The translations under genes and the position numbers were made by a program. A stretch of 64,000 nt of DNA, from the NCBI GenBank assembly GCA_016748015.1, contig JAAOMT010000269.1:194116-258115 (forward strand), written 5' to 3'. Below the pieces are notes generated by a model. That model was not told the DNA's origin. It ran no database searches and was given only the letters and a program-made list of their open reading frames with translations. Below, piece by piece: positions 38,563-51,160 of this stretch; position 1 is the first letter of the stretch, and the number at the start of each line of letters is the position of its first letter. This DNA is from Geosiphon pyriformis uo1 (lineage: Eukaryota > Fungi > Glomeromycota).

Positions 38563-39961
38563 GTGAGATTCAAACACTACCTAGTGCTATACATCAAAGA
38601 AATAATCTAAACTAGATGTGAATCATGCACTTTCTACACATGACCAGCCACTTAGACTGATCAGAACAATACTACACAACTATATGAACTGAAACTGAGT
38701 TACTTATATCTGAAAAAAACAAACAAGATTTGCAAAAACCAAAATGAACATTAAAAGCATTGGCAGTGCCAAGCAATTTAATCACCCCAACTGACAACTC
38801 AGAGGCCAAACCAGAAACTGAGATGAGAACCAAACTATCAAGGGAAATTAACTCATTTTTCTCCATATAAGCATGATATTTAGCACGAACTGACCAGACA
38901 TTACTCCTAAAATCAAGACTAAGAGAGTACACAAATTTGATAATCTCCAAACCAGCAACCTTGAGATTGTGAAAAATGGTGACTGCCTTGTGAAACCAAT
39001 CATTAAAAACAAAATCCTTATAAAAAGCCATAACCAAAGAAGAGTTAAAAACACATGAAAACAACATTTGTAGTATGTCTGAAGAAGAATAAAAGAAACC
39101 AGAAATTGCCTTCCAGGAGTCCACATAAGATTTCAACAACTGACATTGGACAGAGTCATCGATCTTATAAGAAAACACATGATTCAATGCCTCCATATTG
39201 CCATAATATAAGCACAATACACTCAGATATAATCTATTATAAAAGCACTTCTGAACAGCAACTGGCAGCTGGTGGTGCAAAGCTTTTATGAAATAAGAGC
39301 AGGCATTAGCTGAGAATTCGCTGGTAAAACCAGTGGCCATGTACAAGTTAGAGTGCCAAACCAAAGATAAACAGAGCCAGTTAATTTCAGAAAACAAACC
39401 ACCTGCCAAAAACTTGAAACCAGAACCAACCTCTCAGTGCACACAACAAACTAAATGATAAATATCATGTACAAAATATCTGGAATTGTCAGAAACCACA
39501 CTACCATTAGCCACTATAAAGCATTCACCCAAGTAATAAGGAAGATACCAATCAGAAAGAGAAGCATCACCAGCAATTGCATCAGTGTGCTCATTCTCTG
39601 AAATGCCAGAGTGGTCTTTAATCTTATGCCAGCTGACTTTCAAATTCTTATTGTAAATAACATTGACAATATGACAACGTTCAATCCAACACTGATTATG
39701 AAAATCAGGACATGCCAGACCTAATTCAGACTTACAGGCATCCAAAGCAGATTGACTATCTGAAAACAGTTTAACAGAGCTCAGTAGGAGAACACACTCC
39801 AGAGCCAGCACAATAGTTTGCAACTCCACCAAAGTAGATAACATCAAACCCAACACACCGATGTCCAAACCCAAATTAATGTTCTCAAAAAATGCAGTGG
39901 TGCCAGCTTTACAACCAACTATGCCCAGATCACTAAGGAACCCATCTGTATACACTGACAA
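38525..39961 (-). mobile_element. 5'-truncated LINE (RNase H to 3' end) with long pure poly(A)
   Basis: SVYTDG...VELQTI...FSDSQ...KIKDHSG; ends VSVHIVV* at 38672; 3' UTR; T-run 38525-38558. Confidence 0.93.
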
Positions 39962-42052
39962 TTATTTAAGTTTTAATACTACAAATCTATATTTTAAAAA
40001 AAATAAAAAAATATTTATTATAAGTAAATATTGTTTTTTTTTGCTAATAAACTTTTTTAATTTAATAATTAATATATAAATTATTAATATATATATATAT
40101 AATACTGTTAATAATAAATAAGCTTTATAAATTAATATTTTTAAGATTATAAATAATATTATTAACACAATTAAAAATAAATTTTCTAATATTATAATAA
40201 TAAAATTTGAAACAATAAATTATTATTATTAAATTTAAAATTAATTTTTTTTAAATTTATTTTAATTTTTGTTTTTTACAGATTTAGTATTTTTTTAATT
40301 ATAGTAATAAATAAAATAGTAATAATATTAAAAATTTTAACTTGAAATTTTTTAAAGAGTTTTGTATAATTTTTTAATATATTATTATTTTTTGAATTTT
40401 ATTAAAATAAATATCATAAATTTTGTATTAATTAAATGAATCTTTCTCTTGTTGATCCCCCAGTTACAACAAGAACGAGATATTACTAAAGAAAAAGTTT
40501 TTTCTTACTCTTTTTTCTCTTTATATTTTCAACTATTTCTTTGAACATATCTTTATTTGTGGACATGGAACCAGCAAGTTCTGTTGCTGGTGGCTCTGGT
40601 TCTACTTCTGCTGGTTAAGGAACCCAGTCTGATGCAAAAAAAAGAGGGTTAATAGTGTGTACTTTCATAGTACATCTTACAAAAAGCTTAGGAATCCCAA
40701 AGTTGATGTTAGAGTGATAGATTTGTCTGCTGGCCCACTAGGCCTGGCCAATATTAGTGATGCTAATGGTAAGTTTTTAAGATCTTAGAGCAGCGAAATA
40801 GAAAGTGAGGCAAGTAGTGTGAGCAGCCTGTTGGACTTAGAGAACCTGAAAAATACCATCACTGAAGAAACTAGTTACACTAACTCGAATGCTTCTGTGG
40901 TCAATAACATAGAGGATAACACAACTCCCAAGAAAACATGCACTCGCACATATGTGTTAAGTAAACCCCCAAAGACTCTTTTGTTTGACATTTTAAGTGA
41001 TAATAATAATATGGTGGCTCTTCTATCTCCTAAGTTCACAAGCTCCAAAAAATTACACTCTATCGGGTCATGTGCATTGGAAAAACGCATTTTTAATTCT
41101 GTTAAGTCTTTTGCGTTGAATATTAGAACTTCTGCCTTGTCTAGCAAAACTATTGGTGACAAGTTGATTGCTGTGAAAAAGATATTCTATCAAGTCAATA
41201 GTTTTGGGGGTGCATCTGCTCCTTTGAAGTTTCCAGGCATTATTAGATTTTCTTTTACTTCTGAGTTGAGTTTAATCAAGGCCAAGGAATTGGTGGTCAG
41301 TGAAAAAATTCTGGTAAATATTGATGTTAGGAAACCAAACATCCATTCAAATTGGGAAGTAATAGTCAAAGAGATCCCAATGGATCTTTTCAAATTGGCA
41401 ATTGAGTCAGTTTTTTCTAAGTTTGGTCATGTGATCTTGATTAGGATACAACTGATTGGGCTTTGGCAAAAAGCTTTAATGGAATTTGAGTCATTAAATG
41501 TGGCTAGCTTGGTTGCTTCCAAATGGTTAGTTCTCATGAGTAAAGATTCTGTTTGTGTGACATTGACATTAAATGACAAAGATTCGTGAATGGTCAGAGA
41601 TTGTTATCGGACTTTGTTGTACACATTTCCAATTGGCACCACTGCTTATGATTTGTTAGATTTGGTAAACTCTTATGGTGGGAAGACTTGTTTTATTGGC
41701 CATAATCTCAGCTCTTATGTGTGTAATAGATGTGCGATTGTGTGTTTTGCTGATAAAGCATCCAAATTGGCTGCTATTGGTTCTGTTCCTGTTTATAAGA
41801 GTGTGAATTTGCATTGAGCTGGTCTTTCTTTGGTTCATCACACCAAGTGTGAGTGTTTTAGTCATATTTCTAATATGTGTTTGGTTGGTAGAAATTCTGG
41901 AGTTCGTCATAAACGGGTGGTATCTTCTCAAGATCAGATCTGTTTGGCTAATATTTATAAGAGAAAACAGACTCCAGTTACCCGTCTGGTATCTTTTGGT
42001 GAAAAAACTTGGACACAAGTTGCTAGTGGCTTATCTTTTCATGTGTTCTCAT

Positions 42053-42822
42053 TGTTATAGGTGATTATTTCTGTTGTGGAATTGAATAACAAACCCGTAA
42101 CTTGGTGCTCAAAAGCTACTTTCGTGGATGATGTGCAGAAGGTATGGTATCTGAAGGTTTTGGTTAATCTGAAGATTTTGTTGTGGAATTCTTTGTATAA
42201 TGAACAGAGATTTAATAAGGTTGATAGTGGTTGTATTCTCAAGTAGTTTTCCCAATTTTTTTCTTAGTGTAATGGCTGGATTTAGTCTGGCAGTCGTGCC
42301 CTTCTGGTAAGCTATTTGATAATATATATAAAATTCTACCCTTATTTCTGGGTCTTTTACCAGGCTATCCTTGACATCAATAACTCAGCGCTTAATCTTT
42401 TAATCAATTAGTATACAACAACAAAATCAAAGAAAGAAAAGAAATAAAATAAAAAAAATAAAAATAAAAAAAATAAAAAAAATAAGCCAAGGCAATTTGG
42501 TCCATTAGTATCTCATCAATAGCCATGATCAAGAGCTATTGTTTCAGCGTGGTTAAGTAACAATTACTATTAACATAAAGTGTTGATAGTGAATAGTGGA
42601 TTAAGATATGAAATAATTATTTATTTGATGATTGGGTTCTTGGTTAAGAATTCTGTAGTATTGATTCTGTCTTTTCTGTTTCTAACACTACTGCTATATA
42701 TACATAATTGGGATTCCTCAATTTCTCGATTTTTTACGACAGGAATCCTGGAATTCCTGGAATCTTGTGATTCCTTTGAGAGGAATTCTGGAATTCTGAA
42801 ATCCTGCAATTCCTCATTGGGA
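42053..42822 (-). repeat. 3' LTR of gypsy element 1 (runs into the N gap)
   Basis: Direct repeat of 51161 onward. Confidence 0.96.
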
Positions 42823-43597
42823 NNNNNNNNNNNNNNNNNNNNNNNNNNNNNNNNNNNNNNNNNNNNNNNNNNNNNNNNNNNNNNNNNNNNNNNNNNNNNN
42901 NNNNNNNNNNNNNNNNNNNNNNNNNNNNNNNNNNNNNNNNNNNNNNNNNNNNNNNNNNNNNNNNNNNNNNNNNNNNNNNNNNNNNNNNNNNNNNNNNNNN
43001 NNNNNNNNNNNNNNNNNNNNNNNNNNNNNNNNNNNNNNNNNNNNNNNNNNNNNNNNNNNNNNNNNNNNNNNNNNNNNNNNNNNNNNNNNNNNNNNNNNNN
43101 NNNNNNNNNNNNNNNNNNNNNNNNNNNNNNNNNNNNNNNNNNNNNNNNNNNNNNNNNNNNNNNNNNNNNNNNNNNNNNNNNNNNNNNNNNNNNNNNNNNN
43201 NNNNNNNNNNNNNNNNNNNNNNNNNNNNNNNNNNNNNNNNNNNNNNNNNNNNNNNNNNNNNNNNNNNNNNNNNNNNNNNNNNNNNNNNNNNNNNNNNNNN
43301 NNNNNNNNNNNNNNNNNNNNNNNNNNNNNNNNNNNNNNNNNNNNNNNNNNNNNNNNNNNNNNNNNNNNNNNNNNNNNNNNNNNNNNNNNNNNNNNNNNNN
43401 NNNNNNNNNNNNNNNNNNNNNNNNNNNNNNNNNNNNNNNNNNNNNNNNNNNNNNNNNNNNNNNNNNNNNNNNNNNNNNNNNNNNNNNNNNNNNNNNNNNN
43501 NNNNNNNNNNNNNNNNNNNNNNNNNNNNNNNNNNNNNNNNNNNNNNNNNNNNNNNNNNNNNNNNNNNNNNNNNNNNNNNNNNNNNNNNNNNNNNNNN
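42823..43597. other. Assembly gap (775 N)
   Basis: Run of N; hides the LTR end, PPT and post-integrase region. Confidence 1.
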
Positions 43598-46500
43598 GTG
43601 CTGCTTTGGTTAAAATTTTGTTATTCAATCTTAATTTGTAAGCTCCATTTCCTAGAATTTCTTCTATGTGAAATGGTCTGTCCTATTTGGGGTCAAATTT
43701 TCCACTCCATTGTTTTTCCACTTTGGTACAATGTAGTAATACTTTGTCTCCGATCTTGAATTCAACTGGTTTGTCTGGTAGTTGACTATCATGTCTTTCT
43801 TTCTGTGTTTCTTGTGACTTTTGGATATTATCAGCTGCTCTTCTTCGTTTGTTTTCCAATGTTTCCATTAAGTCATATGTTTTTCTCAGCAATGTTTCTT
43901 GAAAATTTTCTTCTGTTATTGGTTCAGCTAGATATGTATTAATTTCCCTCTCTACTGATAACATTGCTATTCTTCCATATACTAATTCAAATGGTGTTGC
44001 TTGTGTAGTATCCTGTTTCATTGTCCAATAAGCAAATAGTATTGATGGTATGAACAAATCCCAATTGTTCTGGTTTTCTTGGCTGAGCTTGGCTATTGCT
44101 TCACACAATATTCTGTTGAATCTTTCTACTAATCCATTGGTTTGTGGATGGTATGGTGATGATAATGGTCTCTTGATTTCGAATCTTTGGCTCAATTCTG
44201 TTAATGTTCTGTTCACAAAATAAGTTCTTTGGTCTGATAATAATTCTTTTGGACATCCATGTTGACAAATCAAATCCTGATGAACAAATTCAGCAATGAA
44301 TTCTGCATCCGCTCTTTGAATTGCTTTTGCCTCTGGCCATTTAGTAAGATAGTCCATAGCTATTGCTATGTATCTGTTTCTTCTGCTGGTGATTGTTAAT
44401 GGTCCGACTAAATTAATTCCCATATGGTCAAATGATTGTCCCACTTTGATTGGTCTTAATGGTTCACTGGGTCTTGTTCTTCCTCTTCACTGACAAGCAT
44501 CACAATTTTGAACATATTGTATGATGTCTGAGTACATTGATGGCCAATAGTATCTTTTTCTAGTTCTTTCCATGGTTGCTTCTTTGTGAAAATGTCCTGC
44601 TGTTGGATTTGAGTGCATGTTAAATAATATTGTCTCTTTTTCTGGCTCTGTAATTACTCTGGTTGGTTGATCTGAATCCCTTCTATTTTTCCAATAAAGT
44701 ATATTTTGGTGAGTGATAAAATATTTTGATTGTTGTTTGATACTCCTTCATTCCATATGAGATAAATTCTCCTTGAACTGTTGAGTATTTAGATAATGTT
44801 GCAATTGTTGATATTTTTGTATGTTCATCTTTTGTTGTATTTTTCTGTTGGTATTGTTCTGGTTTTATTATATTTTTGGGTTGAAATGTTCTTAGATTTG
44901 TCTTATTCGCAATAAACCATCAGCATTTCCATTGTCTTTTCCCTTTTTGTAATGTATAGTATAATTGTATGGTGTGAGTGCCATTTTTCATCTTGACTGT
45001 CTTTCATCACCAAATTCTTGTTTTTGGAGTGATGTTAATCCCTTGTGATCTGTGTATACTTCAAAATTCTGGCTCAAGTATTCTTTCTATTTCATAATGA
45101 CCCAGTATATTGCTAAGTGTTCTTGTTTCAGTGTTCCATAGTTCTTTTCGGCTGGTGTTAAACCTCTGCTGGCATATGCTACTGGATGTTCTCTGCCGTC
45201 CAGTCTTCTCTGAGATAATACTGCTCCCAATGCTTGGCCAGATGCATCAGTGGTGATAATAAATGGTTTGCTATAATCTGGATAGATCAGTACTGAAGCT
45301 TGGATGAGCTTTTTTCTCAGAATATCAAAAGCTTCTTGTTGACTTTCTGTCCATTCATATTTTGCATTTTTGTTTTGCAGTTAATTGAATGGCTGTGCTA
45401 TCTTGGAAAAGTTCTTGATAAAATGTCAATAGTAACTGGTGAATCCCAAGAATGATTTTAGTTCTGTTATATTAGTCGGCACTGGAAAGTTTTTTACTAT
45501 CTCTATTTTCTCTGGGTCCATTTTGATGCTGTCTTTGCTGACTATGTGTCCCAAGAATTTGAGTTCTGTCTTGTCAAAGAAACACTTTGTCACATTTAAC
45601 TTTAGTCTTGTTCTTCTTAGTCTTTCGAACATTTGTTGAAGATGATAAAGATGATCATCAAATGTCTTTGAGAATACATTGGTGTCGTCCAAATATACAA
45701 CTACTGATTTCCACAATAAGCCAGTATAAATGATTTTCATTAGCTGTTGGAAAGTTGCTGGGGCATTGGTTAAGCCAAAGGGCATCACTTCAAATTCAAA
45801 ATTCTCTTCTCTAGTAGTAAATGCCATCTTCTTTTTGTCAGCTGGATTCATAGCTACTTGCCAGTAACCACTGTCTAAATCTAATGTGGAGAACCATTTG
45901 TTCTCACCGAAAGCATCAAATAATTCCTGTATTCATGAAGTTGGATAACTGTCTCCTCGAGTTATATCATTGAGTTTCCTGTAGTCTACACAAAACTGGA
46001 TTTTTCCATTTTTCTTTCAGACGAGTACCACTGATAATGACCATGGACTCATTGATGGTTGAATTAGTTCATTGTCAAGCATTCTGTTTATTTCTTGACG
46101 AATAATCTCGTGGCTGGCTGGTGGTACTCTGTATCCTCTTTGTTTGATTGGCATTGCATCTCCAGTCTTGATCTGATGCTGAATGATGTTAGTTCAGCCA
46201 AACTTATTTTTGCTGGCAAAAATGTCATTGAAATTGTTAAGTAACATCTTGAGCTGCATACATTGGAGTGGATCTAAGTTTTCCATGTTCATTTGTTTCA
46301 ATTGTTCTGGTTGGAGCAAATAACATTCATCTTGTCCATAGATTGTTTGTAATATGATGTCAACATATCCACAAAGTTGTGAAAAGTCTGGAATGGGGTT
46401 TGGTGGTTGGTCTTCTATTTCTGTGGTTAAATATCCGATGGTGGTTTCTTCTGGTATGCTGATGACATTGCCAGTATTGTTGTAGATGAGAATTTTTATG

Positions 46501-49500
46501 CTGCTATAGCTTTTGGCTGGTATGTGGAGATTGATCAACCCAATCTCTCCTGATTCACAAAGGGTTGCTTCTGCTTCAAAAATCTGTTCTTGCTCCTTTT
46601 TCTTCCTTTCTATTGTTAATATGTACTGGCTATATGGTGGAATGGAAATAGCTTGACCAGTTGAGATAATTTTTCCTTGGCCAACAATTTTTTCCTCCAC
46701 TATATTAACTGGTACGTCTGTTCTACTCATTGATTCGAATCCTTGTATTTCTCTCGCTGTTATTCTTAATTTCTCCCTCTTTCCCACTGACACTAACTGA
46801 GCTACTCTAATCAGAGGCAGGAATATTGTCTGTGCTATTTTTTCATTGGGCTCTATTATATAAGCTTTTTCTGAGTCATTTTGTAGCATGACGATGATAT
46901 TTCCTACATATCCCGCGTCAATTATTCCTCTTCTTATATTGATCCCTCTTTTTGCTAAGCTACTCCTAAATGCTAATTGAACCATTGTTGTTGCCAGAAT
47001 CTCTAGTGCTATTTTCAGATCAATGCAGGTGTGTAAATGCAGTTCTAATTTGATGGCAACTTTTCCTGGATATCTCAGATTAAATCCTGCATCTGTATCA
47101 TGCGCACGTTCTAGCATAATACCTTCCCCATTGTCACTATATTATTTCAACTCTTGTTCTTTGGAGAGATCTGGTAGTGCAATGTATTGTTCATAGTTTA
47201 AATCGGGTTTTGAATCTGAGTCTGAATTGTTTTTGTCGTTATTGTCATTTTGAACAAAGCTAGAACCATTGTTTTTGTCATCATTGTCAGAGTCTGGATT
47301 GCGATTGATCAGCGATTCTGATTCCAATGCACAGCTGCTGATTGGTTCTTCTTCTTCAGGGATTGAGTAGATTATGCGTGGTGGTGAATTGTAAATGAGG
47401 TCACAATCGTCACAATATTCGAAGTCACTAGGAATTAAACAATGACGACACAGTTTTGTATTTAACTGTGCTAGCCGTTGTTCTTGCTCTTTTCTAGTGA
47501 GTGCCAAGTTTTGGTAGTGTTCATGGAACTCTTCTGGTTCTAGAAAATTTATAACTGGCTCTGCGTCCCAGTCAAGCTCGATGGGTTCTGGTGGGTTGTT
47601 TTTAATTGTCCAGATTTCTTCTGGCAACGTGCCTTCAATTTTGGCAGTTGTCATTCTCCAAATTTTGTCGTCATTATGTGAACAACTGTCTAATCGTTGT
47701 ACTGTTCTTTGCCAAGTGGCTTCGATTGGTGTCCCCTTTTTAACCCAGTCACTAATCAGAATCATGTATTGACACTTTACATCGCACATTCCTCTATATC
47801 TGGGAATGTCATGCCACATTTCTTTGTCCAAAAGAGTCTCTCCACAAGCTAAACATGGCTGATTGTCCCATTTTCCTACTCATTTTGGTCTTCCAAAGCA
47901 TTCAAAGACACATGAGCGGCAATAGAACCTAGTTGCCGTTGAATATTCCTCATCGTCCCCACAGCATGCGCCCATTGACAACAATTTCTTGCCGCAATCA
48001 ATGCATATAAGCTTAGGTTGACGATAGGTAGATTGTTGTGATATAGTGTAGATGTTATAAATGGTTGTGGTTTGGGTGGTTTCTTCTTCTTTCTCTTTTC
48101 CTTTATTTTCTTTGTCCTCTTCCCATTCCCAGCTTGATGTTGGTTCACTTTTGTTGTTGTCAGTCCATGTCAGGTTATCAGTTTCTCAGGTAAGTTCTTC
48201 CTTCTGTTTCTCTTTTCTCTTGTTGCTGTCATCTCAGGAGAGTATTGGCGGTAGTTCGTTGTGCTCTTTGTCCACTTACAATACTTGGTAGGCTTTCCAG
48301 GTAGGCTTTTCTTTCTCCTCCTCCAGTTCGATCAATAGTTTCTCTCTTAGAGGAGTTTTGAAGTGGCCACACATGACCAGGACATGTATGTGTTGGCCCT
48401 GATACGTTAGCTGGAGTTCCTGAGTGTTTCAGTCTAACGTTGCATTGACTTTGAATAGCCAGTTATTACCAATGAGAGCTTGGTATTAAGTGGTTTCCAT
48501 CACTAGAACTTTAATGAAAGTCATGATGTTATTGACTTTAAAAGGAAAGTTGTCGATTTTGCCAATTGGAGTTTTGGTCACTCTATTAGCTGTGATAATT
48601 CTGGCGCTGGCAGCTCAATCAACTTGGTGACCTAATTGATCCATGAGTTGTTTTGTGATTATGCTGCCTGCAGAACTGCTGTCCAGGATTAATTTGATGG
48701 ATTGTTCTTCTACTTTGGCATTAGTGTACATTGTGGTAATTGGTTTGGCTTCAAAAGTGGCTCCACTAAATAATGGCATTGCAGCTGTTTCCTCAAATTC
48801 GAATGGGAAGATAGCGGTCAATGACTTGTCTTCGGTGATAGTAGCGGGTGGGATATTACTGATGAGTGGTTGTTTTTGGGTAAATGCCAGGTTATTGGTT
48901 AAAGTGTCTTCTGGGGTGATCAAGAGACTTAAATAGTTCTGGGAATTCAGGTTCTGGGGTTGACTGGTACCTGAATTCTGCTGGCGTAATCCAGATGGTT
49001 GCTGTGAAGAACTGGGGATCAGTTGATGGACTACTATTGCCAATTTCCAGCTCTGTTGAGTCATTCTCGGTCTTTAAGTTCTGTTGGGTGGTAAGCTTTG
49101 GGGCGGTGTTTGGATCTGTTGGAGTTGATAGATTATTTGTGGCTGTAGTTGATATATTACTTGTGGCTGCAGCTGATAAATCAGAGGTTGATATACTGGA
49201 AACTGATAAACTGATAACTGTGTCACTGGTAGATAAGCAGGTGGGTTTTGATTTGGGTACTGATTCGGAGTTTGGAACTGGCAATCAGGGTTTCAATATT
49301 GATTTTCCAATCATTGGTTATTTAAATGCTGGTGACAGTCAATTTGGATATGTCCTTGTTTACCACAATAGTGGCAGATACACATTTCCTGTTGCCACTG
49401 TCAATTGGTTGATGGAGATAGACATGATTGATTTTGGGCATGATTAGAGTTTTCTTGATTATTGCATCGTTGTGGAGGCTGATAAATAGCATGATTGTCA

Positions 49501-51098
49501 GCTAAGTATCCTTCCAATCTCTTATTAATTAATTCACTGAACTTCTCCAATTTGGAATCCAATTCAGATGATCCGTTCATTACTAGATTAATGGCTTAGA
49601 TGTGGTTAGCCTCTGACTCAGCGGATTCAAAATCTCTGGCGCATGTGACTGCATCTTGAAGGGTGTCTGAATGCAATAGACGTATATGTTGCAAGATGCT
49701 ACTGCACAGGCCACAGATAAACTGATTGAGTATCTGTGGTGCTGTAAAATAGTTGGCGTCAATTGCTTGAATTTGGCGTAGATTTCAATAGAAGCATCCC
49801 AGGTAAGTGGTGACTGCTTCAGTTTCTCTTTGTTTTATGGTGGTGAATGCATTGACTAGGCGATTGATGCTGTTATTGTTGCTGAAGTATCTTAGGAATT
49901 CCACTTTGAAGGCATTAAAATCTTGTGGTTTATTAATCAAGCTCTGGTACCATAAATTGGCAGTATCTTTGAGAAAGTAGGAAATGGCTTGCATTGCTCG
50001 AGCATCATTCCATCCGTTGGCTGCGATAGTCTTTTCTATATCATTTAGCCATATTTGAGCATCATCCTCTTCACCCGTAAAGTTGTCAAGTTTTGCAATT
50101 GGTACATAGGTCATTGGATCTAAGTTAGGTGGTTGTAGTGGCTGTTGAAACAGTTGTTGTTGTCCTGGCTGTTGGGATGGTAGCTGAAGTGACTGCTGTA
50201 TGGGTTTGGCTATGAGATTAATCAGCAGTTAATTGATGACGATTATTGAAGGTAAGTTTTGCTGATTAATTAATTCAGGTTTTTGATTTCTTTGATTTGG
50301 TGGTATTCGAATATTCAGAGTTTTGATTTCTGGATTTTCTAACTGTTGCTGAGTTTAAAGATTCGGGGTTTCAACTTTTGGGTTTTCAGTGATTGGGTGC
50401 TGGTAAGTAAATTTTTGATCCTCTGATTCTTCTTCCTTCTTTTCTGATTCCGCTGCTTCCCATGGATCAAAGATTCCAAAATCTGGTGAAGACGGTGGTG
50501 ATCGAAGTCCTAATGGGGTTGATGATCGCGAATTAAATTTCTCAAAGTATTCACCATATGGTCCTAACAATTCTGTTTTTCTTTGTCTATTTTGGAATGG
50601 GAATCGTCCAAATGCTGATGTCGCAGTTGATGGGAACGTGTCTGTTGATAATATGTTGATGACACTTCCAGGTGTATAGTGGTAGGATGGGTTGCTTGTG
50701 GATTTAACTCTGTTTTTCTTCCAAGCAGGTGGCTGTATTTTTCTGGGTGTTACTGCTGGTGTTTGTAATTTTCTCTTGCCTTTACTAGCGTATGTAATTG
50801 GATATCTTTGTTGAGTATGGTGTTTAATTTCTTTGTTGATCTTAGTGATGATGGATGCAAAATTATGGTTTGTTGGTAGGTTGGTGTTTTGAATTAATTC
50901 CTTATAAAAAGTTTCTCTTGCTGATTCAGTATTTACTGGTGTACCTAATAAAGAGGAAATCTTTTCGTTGACGTAGAAATTGAAGGCTGATTCGGTAGAT
51001 ATATGATTGTGGTTTAATCCCAAGTATTGACAATAGTGTTGAAATAAGGATTTTGTGAATCTTAAATGGTTTGCTCCTATAATTTCTGATTCTGCCAC
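43598..51098 (-). pseudogene. gag-pol of gypsy element 1
   Basis: Capsid-like IAKLDNFTGEEDDAQIWL (50114-49785); knuckle CHYCGKQGHIQIDC (~49340-49380); protease LILDSSSAGSII; Cys-rich spacer; dUTPase (~47120-46720); RT FCVDYRKLN, MPFGLTNAPATFQ, YLDD; RNase H TTDAS; integrase HSNPTAGH..CDAC, DYLTKW, SDQ, HPQTNGLVERFN. Confidence 0.95.
46720..47120 (-). CDS. dUTPase domain within pol (element 1)
   Basis: All five motifs: AHDTDAGFNL, RSSLA, GIIDAGYVGNI, KIAQ, REIQGFES. Confidence 0.92.
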
Positions 51099-51140
51099 TT
51101 TTGGTTTGGTGTTGTCGGTGCTGGTTCTCTGTAGGATTAT

Positions 51141-51158
51141 ACCTCACAGGGAGCACCA
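51141..51158 (-). promoter_or_regulatory. Primer-binding site, probably tRNA-Ile(UAU)
   Basis: Minus strand TGGTGCTCCCTGTGAGGT, 2 nt after the 5' LTR; resembles the complement of eukaryotic tRNA-Ile(UAU) 3' ends (..CCTCACCTGGAGCACCA). tRNA identity from memory. Confidence 0.8.
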
Positions 51159-51160
51159 AA

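Noticed and set aside
42580-43641. 353-aa and 335-aa ORFs
   Set aside because: Artefacts of reading through the N gap from LTR sequence.
46720-47120. dUTPase as a counter-defence against the C>T erosion seen in the window
   Set aside because: dUTPase cleans the nucleotide pool and cannot prevent deamination of cytosine already in DNA; these elements are themselves eroded.
51141-51158. tRNA gene
   Set aside because: Only the 18-nt 3'-end match including CCA is present next to an LTR, which defines a PBS; no cloverleaf.
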